Origin: Catajapyx aquilonaris
Taxonomy: Eukaryota
Assembly: GCA_000934665.2 (NCBI GenBank)
Contig: KZ538666.1
Span: forward strand, 1 to 55,086
Direction: 5' to 3'
DNA length: 55,086 nucleotides
Shown: piece after piece, positions 38,801 to 47,800 of the stretch
Numbering within the stretch: position 1 is the stretch's first letter
How the letters are laid out: each line of letters begins with the position of its first letter
Position numbers and translations under genes: made by a program
The notes under the pieces: model-generated
Seen by the model: only the letters and a program-made list of their open reading frames with translations
Databases searched by the model: none
Told to the model about the DNA's origin: nothing

Positions 38801-41800
38801 CCGGGGAAGCAGCTACCCGGAAGATACATGTCTGGCGATGCGAGAGATGCTTTTGGCGGGTGATTCGCGCAAACTGTTAAGCCCCGGCTCAGAGATCAGT
38901 TGTAAGGACTTGAATGGACGGGTTTAACGCGTCTTGTGAGCCTCGTAAATATGTCGCCACTTATACACTTACCTGGGACCCAAAACAATATTGAAATCCT
39001 CTTAAGCACCTAGAAGTACATATACTGGTTATACTGTTTTCTGGTTGTAAAATAAACAAGAGTCCAAAGTGCCCATTTCTTGTTGGCGATTGCTTCTAAC
39101 CAGTGCCAGATCCTCGGTGGCCGTAAAATTTAGGCACTTAATATGTTCTTGACCCGATTGTTATGGGTTCTTTGAAACCAAAAATGCTCTGGACAAGAGA
39201 AATAGACCTCTTGAAACATTTTGATCACTTTCAATGTGCTTCGAAAGTAATCATATTGTAACTAAACAGCTGAAGTGCCATGATATTATGTAATGATAGC
39301 CTGCAATTGAATAAAATGATGATTCTATACCAAGTAACACGAAACTTCTAAACCGCGTTTTCCCCCAAGAATATTTTGCTCCTGTGCTGAGAAACGTGCG
39401 ACCTCGTCTCTGATGAATAAATTCTCCTTTATTAATAACCCAGGGCAGCAAAAAAGAGTTAAGAGCCATTTTTCATGTTTTCCGGCGGAAGTTTTTATGT
39501 CGCTTGCTCCGGGATGTTGTATAACAAATGCACGTGATGAAATAACCTTTAAAATGATGTGTAAAAAAAATTGCACATATTTTTTTGGGGGCTCCGACGT
39601 GGATATGGCAGTTTATAAAGTGAAATTAACCATGTTTGGAAGTTACTCTGTGTACTGTACAGTGCTGGACATTAATCGCGTCATACTGCTAGCGACATTT
39701 TCCGATGCGGCAGACGTGCACAATTTTATGGAAGACAATCTCTAACAATATTTTACCTCGTTCTCTTTAAAGGGATGAACCAGTTGCTGTGGTATTACTC
39801 CGACTTGGAGAAGAAGGAATGCATGAAGAGGAAGCAAGGAGACACCTCAGATCCGGATGCCTGCATTGTTTGGCGACGTTTCGCAAAGTACGTTCCGGAA
39901 TTGCTGGAAAGACTCGCAAAAAAAAATCCGTACATTTTTCCACCTCCTTTTGTGACAAAATCACATTTTTATCTACACTGCACAAAAGCTGAGCTCCAAT
40001 TTCTCGCTTTACATTTTTCAGCTTGTTCGAAACGAGCCAAACACTCTTCTGGGCTGCATTCGGCCTCATAGAACTGGACAACTTTGAGTTAGTTGGAATC
40101 AAAAGCTTCACCAGGTTCTGGGGGATGCTCATGTTCGGCTCCTACTCGGTCATCAACATCGTGGTGCTCCTCAACCTCCTCATTGCCATGATGAACCACT
40201 CCTACCAGCTCATATCCGTGAGTACAAAATTTTCTTCGGTCAAAGTTTAGCTCGCCCAAAGTTGCATTCCGAGGCAGCAGATGCCCGAATTCCAAAAGGA
40301 GGGCTGCAAGTTATACCAAAGTATGCCACCAAAAGTCCTCTACAGGGTGATGCAAAAGTGTTTCTCAGACCAAATATTTCGGGAGTGAAAATTTCAACTC
40401 TGACTTACAAGTTAGAACTGAATTTTTTAAACTTCAGCAAATTCGTTTTGGAGTATCGCAAACAGCCTCTGCAGACTATTTGCCCCATTAGACTAGAAAT
40501 TAAGCGGAATACCAAACCTGTCGTCATGCTAGGGAAATTTCTGGCACGTTTTTATCGATGGAAATAATCGAAGGGTTACCATTCCCAATTCCACAGCAAT
40601 CAAAAGATAATTTGTGCCCTTATAAAAAGGTTAAGACCTCATTCCTCTAGGGCTCACTATTTTTTATACTCTGCGCCCGGATGATGAAGCCCTTTCAGAG
40701 CTTGTGTTAGATTCCGTACAAAGTCGACTTTTAGTTGGGCGTGAATAGGTGTGCGAAGGAGTAAAAAACGTAACGGTTTGTACGAAATTGTTTGCTTTGT
40801 GTGTCTAAGGTCGACGGCCCATGGAGCATGTAATATAATTAGGTGAATATTACAACCTGTCTGTGCTGTTCATAATTTTCAACGTAATTTTGAACCACAA
40901 AAGAGGTGCTTGTTGTCAACACTAAAATTCATCACGTCGACAAAAATGTTATTCGCTTTGCTTGCTCCAACAATTAAAAATGTGCAAAAGTTTTGATTAC
41001 TTCATCTCAGTCTTCATATCCGGTGCAATTACAGCTTTTTCAATTATTTATGTACAATGTTATTGGTTTTTGTACTAAAATATTAGTTCTCGAATTAACA
41101 TTAATATCTATGCGTCGAATTTGACAGCATCCCATTAATGGAAAAAAATTGTTCGTTCAGGTTTAGCTATACTGTAACACAAACTTATTAATGTCAAAAA
41201 TTAGATTTTATTTGCTACAATCATGTGCAGTACATACCATTGAAGTGTACTGTACCACTTGCAAGTTCCCTCGGATGAAACTTGAGATGTTAAAATATTC
41301 TTATAAAATCCCCCGTCTTCAACGAATGCTCTAGACGAACAATGGTGCAACCGAGTGTAAAAGATCAATTTTGTGCAATCAGGTGAAACCAGCTCATTGT
41401 GCTCGCGATCTGCATTTTATTTTAATGACGTCGGAATTTTGCCTCCCACATGTTGCTCATCTCGTCTTGGAATCTCCAGTAAAAGTTACTGGTCGGTTCA
41501 TTAGAAATATACACATATTTCTTTTACGACAAACACTGTAAGAAGTGTAAGCAAAAGAAAAGTTCTGAAGTGGAAGTTCTCAAGAAGTTCAGATCATAGA
41601 GATAGCCTTTTGTTGGGGAACGCATAATTATAAGTTTTACCATCTTATACTGTAAGGTTGCATTCTTTGGCTCAAGTAGCAGTTAACTTCTTCCCAAGTA
41701 TAGGGTGTTCTGTAACTTCCACAGTAGTTTGCACTGCATTGTCTGTATTATTACATCGTACAATGTAATGTTGGAAATTTGTATTATTGTGCTGAGGCTT

Positions 41801-44800
41801 ATTTTTATGCATTTGCTTTTGTGCAGCTGCTCTTAAGGCTCTCTAAATTGCAAGTTGCGTGTCTAATCTAAGAGGTGTAATTATCCAGGCTTCCAGGCTT
41901 GCCTAGAACTTTACGGAAGCTTTTAGGCATTTTCAAATCCCTTTTTCTTGGTGCCACCAGAGCATGCTTTTACATAAGCAGCACCGTAACGAGTTGGCAA
42001 AGGACAATGTTAATATTTTATGAGAGAGCGAGAGATTAAGAGGTTCTCTTGATGCGTCTCTTCTCTTTCCCGGTCCCTTGAAATATATTCGAGGCCAAAA
42101 TAAACGGGTTTTAGCCACCATTTGTCTCTGGGAACTCTGAAAATTTCGGTCGGTTGGAAAAACCCGTGGCTTAGAGCAATATTACTTCTTTCGCGACAGT
42201 TATCACTCGGCTGGCAGCGGGGATTAGTCGAATACAAAATTTCAGATCCGCAGTTGAAAGGAAAACCAGGACTGCGCCATAATATCCCTGTTTTCTGATA
42301 CCAAATATATCCATCCTTCATCTCTTAAAGTGTGAGCGCATCACCAATGTATGATCAACAAAAATTGGAAATTCGTTGGGGGGGAGTTGGTCAATCTCTC
42401 TGCGTTGGTCCATGAAATATTATGGAAATCAAACATGTCGTGTTGAAAGCGGAATCAAGTAGGTTCGGTTAATATTCGTACCATAGTAGGGACCGTGTGG
42501 TCAAAACCGAGTACGCTACCTCTTTTCCCAGTTATTACATTCCGTTGATGAATTTTTTGCCCACGTCCGGTTTCCCACGGATGGGAAAATGTGCAGTTCG
42601 ATATGATTTCTCTCTCGCGTTTTTTTTCTGCCAATAACTTGCAAAAAAAAGGATGGTGAGGAGGGGGGGACGGAAAAATTAGGAAATGAATATTGAAGTT
42701 TCCATTATGGAGTTGCTTCGGTTCTGTGCACAGATTCACTGACGAAATGTCTGAAGCTATCGAAAGTATTTTCCCAAAATGAGTCCAAATTAGCATTTAA
42801 TCAGATCTTTAAAGTGTTACGTTCCCGGAAACTGTCGGTGCGTTTCTAATGAATGAAGTCGCTGCGAGGGAAGAAAAAAAAAATATTTTTTTTTTCGTCC
42901 GCGTGATTTAATGGTCGATTCATGAAATCACTTTTGAAGTTGTTGGCATGTGAATTGTGGCTGCAAATTTATGCAAGCTTGAGTTAAAATTCACCTGGTA
43001 CTCGGAATAATTTGTAGTCTTCGCGCCAGTTGGAACCGACTTACAGACTATAGAATCAATCTAGTAAAATGTTACATGTCACGTCGTTTGAAACTGAACC
43101 AGCCCGAGTGTACCTGGAAACGCAAAAATTACATAAATTCATTCTGATTTCCAACCCTGAAGCAAACGGGCATTATATTTTTAAAACATTTTTCATGCAT
43201 TTTAATGGCTTTAATTGCAAGTTCGCCACATATTGATGTTCCGGCGGTATTTGATGTTCAAGTTACGTGCAGTTATGATATTTAAAATGTAACGAACCAC
43301 CAGATGAAAGTTGCGCATCGTTGAATCTAGGCATACATTTTAAAATGCAGTGTCCATTTTCAATTAGCTTTTAAACCATGTAAGCCAGAGTAAATTTGTC
43401 ACAGTTTTATTTTGGAAGTAATATTCGCAGCCTAATAGTAAACTGATGAGTCTTGAACAGCATCTGTGATACGACATTTCCAAATATTCCAAATTCCGTG
43501 ACACTCCAAAAAGAGGTCAACCTCCAAAAGCAGCAAGATGTCACTAAGTCACCGTAATGAAACTCTAAGCAACGCTAATCACTCCGCACCGCATAACTTT
43601 GCTTCAAAATGACGCCTCTCCCAGTCTCCCAAAATGAACAGAGCGGATTCCACCAAGTCAGACCCTCGCATTCCTTCACTTGGATTCTGCCCCCCCTTTT
43701 CCTCCCAATCTCTTCTGTTGTTGGTCCAATGCCCAGTATCTCCCCTCCTCATAATATTGTTTGGGTAACGACTCGAAATGGGGGGTAGTGTACGCGTCTT
43801 GACCCGCCAACTGTTGCGGACATGGAAACAATTCCGGACGTGTCCAACGTGGCGTGTCCCCCGAAGCATCTCACGGCGCCATCTCTGGATGCTTTTAGAC
43901 GCCTTTTGACTTCAGCCTCTGAAGGATCGATTTTAGACCCCGGGATCCCCATTTCTCAAGGGAGACGTTTTCTGAGCCTCGGTACCGGTCCCAACGCTCT
44001 CCCAAAAAGTGCCCTGAACGTACGTAGATTATAATTTACAAAAACTTTTTACCTCCCACCCAAGCCAAACGCCCTGCTGGAAACAAATTGAGCAACAAAA
44101 CTCCTGCGGACTCTTATATTTATGTAGGGGCTGTTGCTGGCCCCTTATTTATATGCTGGACTCATACCCCGTGGTAAAAGACCTGGGTTTTCCCTCGTGG
44201 CTTTACCAAAGTGTGAACCGACCATCCATCATAGCTTTAGGGGCTCTTGTCACTCAGTCGGCTCACCCCTATGGATACTTATCGCACTTTTTAAAATGGT
44301 TGTGTTGAGCATGTACAGCAGTACAGTAATTGGAGTTACAAAATATCATTACAGGACATATAGTCCTGTCATCTTTAATCCTCTGGAGAGTAAAATACGA
44401 CACAAATCCCATGCCAGTAGGCCTCCAAACGACGGCTATGAATTCGCAAATCTTTTTACCGTATCTTAATTTTATGCAAGCCCGGTCCTACCTAATGGCG
44501 ATCCGATTGGCCATAACCGGACCAGAAAAAAATATGCATCAAAGTGTGCCATGTCCCTATATATAGTCCGTAAAATTCATTCCCCCGGATGATTGTGCCT
44601 CCTGATGATCCATAAAGATATTCCGTATAACCTTTATCCGTACAGTATACATGAGTCGTTACTCAGGGGCTAGCAAAAAGAGGTTTCAACTTGCCTAGTC
44701 AATTACACGGGTCATTGTACACACTGTACATTCAATTGCAGGAATTTTTTGTTCGCGACAGAAACTGGTTAATTCAACGCCGCATTGTCTTCGCTAATAC

Positions 44801-47800
44801 GAATCCGAAAACCGTTTGTCGATATCTCTTACGTAGGGCTGTGCGATATCCGAAATTACATATCGACTTTCGATACTTAAAAAATATCGAATCGAAGTCG
44901 ATATATCGAAAATCGAAAAACCGACATCGAACCGACATCGAAAAACTTCGAAAACCGACATCGAACCGACATCGAAAAATATCGAAAACCGACATCGAAC
45001 CTACATCGAAAAATCGCGATATTCGATATATCGAACATGCCAAGCGTCGGATATCGCAACGTCGATATTAGGAAAATATCGTATCGACAGTCGATATATC
45101 GAAATATCGCACAGCCCTACTCTTACGATTTAGACCCTGATACCTGTCCACAGACAGACGGACGGACAGAGCCGTTTTATAAGACTTTTTCCGATGAGAA
45201 AAAGTCTAAATATTAATAAAAAATAATTCAAACATATTTGTCAATAATGACAGAAAAAAATTCGCCATTTTTAGGAAAGAGCTGATGTGGAATGGAAGTT
45301 CGCTCGGAGCAAACTCTGGATAAGTTACTTCGAGGAAGGAGGTACGGTACCGCCTCCTTTCAACATCATCCCGACGCCCAAGACGCTCATGTACCTGGCC
45401 AAATGGTTCTACCGCAAGTTCTGCGCCCATTCCAGAGCTGTAAAGAAAGAGCATATGCGCACCATCAGGGTACGTAACGCAAATGTAATAGCAAATTGCA
45501 TCGTTGCCTAACCCATATGTCCCTCTTTGTTCTTGCGTACTAGAGTAATTGACCTTGTTACTATGTTACATTTCAGAAGGTGAAACAAGCCAGCGAGCGA
45601 GACTTCCGCTACCAGGTGAGCACAATTTTTGGTCCCGAAAATGGTTTGGAAGGGTTGTGCTCTGCCTGCAGAGTTATGGTCATGGGGGATGATCGCTCAT
45701 GGATGGGAGGAGATTTGGAATGGTTCCAGCCCCTATTAAAAAGCGTAAGGGGACCTCAGATCAGGTCGCATCCTGGATGGAAGGTTTCACCCAAGAAAAA
45801 ATCCAAAAAAAAAGATGACTTCTTTTCTTTTTTTGAGAAAGCGGCTTCTCTCCTGAGTGTAATTGTGCAGGTCGGTCACGTAAAATTTTTTCTCTATGGA
45901 AGGGTGGGTCAAAAGGATCTTTTCGATTACCTGCCAAGAAGGTACATTTGCACGACATCGAGGGAACCATCAGGCATTGTCTTCTGCCTAATGTCCCGGG
46001 AGAGAAAAGGTGCAGAGGGCTGCTGAGTAACATTAGTTTCCAGATTCTTTTCTTCTGTGGAAGGAAAATGCGCACACACACAAGAAAAAGAAGCTAAATC
46101 TTTCTGCTTTAAAAAATTAAAATGCAGTCCGTTTACATCAGAAGTTCTGGTTTTTTGTTAATTGGAATGATTGGGGCAGTGGTTCGGTGTGTCATGATTC
46201 ATGAGGGAAATTACGCGTTATGCCGGTCAAAAACTAGTGTAATTTCATGACGCAATGAATACATAAATAATTGCATGATTGGTGGGGGTGTAAATTTAGG
46301 CAAATTTGATGTCCGGAAGGGCTACTTTTTAATGTGGGGGATGTTAAAATAGTTTGGTAAAAAGCGTTGGCTTTTCATATTAATTGATGAGTTGTGTGTG
46401 CTGTGGGCGTGTGTGTCATACAGGGTGATTCAATCGCCAAAAAAACCATCAAATAGCATGTAAATCGCAGTGAGTGTTCAACACTTCACATTACAAAGTC
46501 GGCAATGTTTGCAGTTGAATTTAGAAAGATGATGCGCGCTTTGGCCGGATTTATAACTGTGACTATCCAGTTTTTTAAACAACTTTCTGACATGTAAAAC
46601 AATACCAGAGGCTGCTAAAAACAGAGTTGTGTATAAAACTGGCTCAAATACGTGCAGCACACATTTTGTGCTCGGTTTTTTTTCCCCCTTCCCTTTAGGC
46701 TAAGGCTCGTATGCTTATGGCAGGTCCATAAAACTGAATGCAACAGATGGGATGAATATCGGCGGATGTTTCCAGCCAAGAACATATCAGCAACAAAAAA
46801 ATTTGAAGCTCGAGGCTATCAGTTTTTTTTCGCCAACTTTGCTTGCCTTTTGTGCGACTACTTGAGACTTTTTTTGCATGAAGTGGCCACCACGTACAGT
46901 GTAGTGCACATCGCAAGAAAACCAGTGTTTTTTTAGTCACCGCTGTCAGCTCACGTCAAGCCCATGCATACTGTGAATTACTGCAACGTGTTGAAAAGCC
47001 CTGGTGTGATTAAGCCAATTTGCATGCCAAAACACGGAAGGGAGTTGCAGCTGGGAAGAGCCTGAGAGTGTACCGACAGTATTGCATTGTTCCCCATTTT
47101 GTTTTCCAGAGTATAATGCGGAACCTGGTCCGTCGGTACGTGACAGTGGAGCAGCGTAATGCTGAGAACCAAGGAGTGACGGAAGACGACGTGAACGAAA
47201 TCAAACAAGACATTTCGGCGTTCAGATGCGAGTTGCTCGAAGTGCTGAAAAACTCGGGCATGAACACTTCGACTGCGTCTGGCCTAGGACAAGGTATTCG
47301 ATCTCGGGGTGGGTACCACGCCCACTTCGCAAATGCTTGCTGTGCTCAATATTTTCCGTTGCTTTGCTTGCTTGATTTGATTGCTTTCATCCCTCTCCGA
47401 TCACTAACATCTAACTTGTGTAAACACAATCATCTGTATAGGAGACAAAGTTGGAAGTTGGGAGTGATCGGAGAGTAACTCATTTTTCTGGCATGTCAAG
47501 CTGTTAAATGAAAGGAATGCCCGATGTAATGAGACTGAGAGCATGGCAAGGGAATGACCACAAGTGCAGCTGACCACGTGTGACCATGGTATGTGCATTG
47601 TTTTGTAGAAATAGTTTTAACATTCATCTTGTTAGTGAAATGGGCGATTGCTTGCAGTTTCAGAATGATTAAAAATCCATGTGAGTTTCTACTTCATACC
47701 AATTGAATAAATTGTCAATCTTGGTTTTAATTACAGTATTTAACTGCATGTACGGGCACATCATAATACGGTATAACTTAAGGAGATCATATTCAGGAAA

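Noticed and set aside
44691..45071. Overlapping ORFs on both strands
   Set aside because: Products of the internal repeats of the hAT MITE; no transposase motifs
33240..45274. Duplicated mutually exclusive pore or S6 exons in the large introns 10 and 12
   Set aside because: No paralogous exon copies seen by eye or in the ORF track; a tblastn of each exon against the introns would be the decisive test
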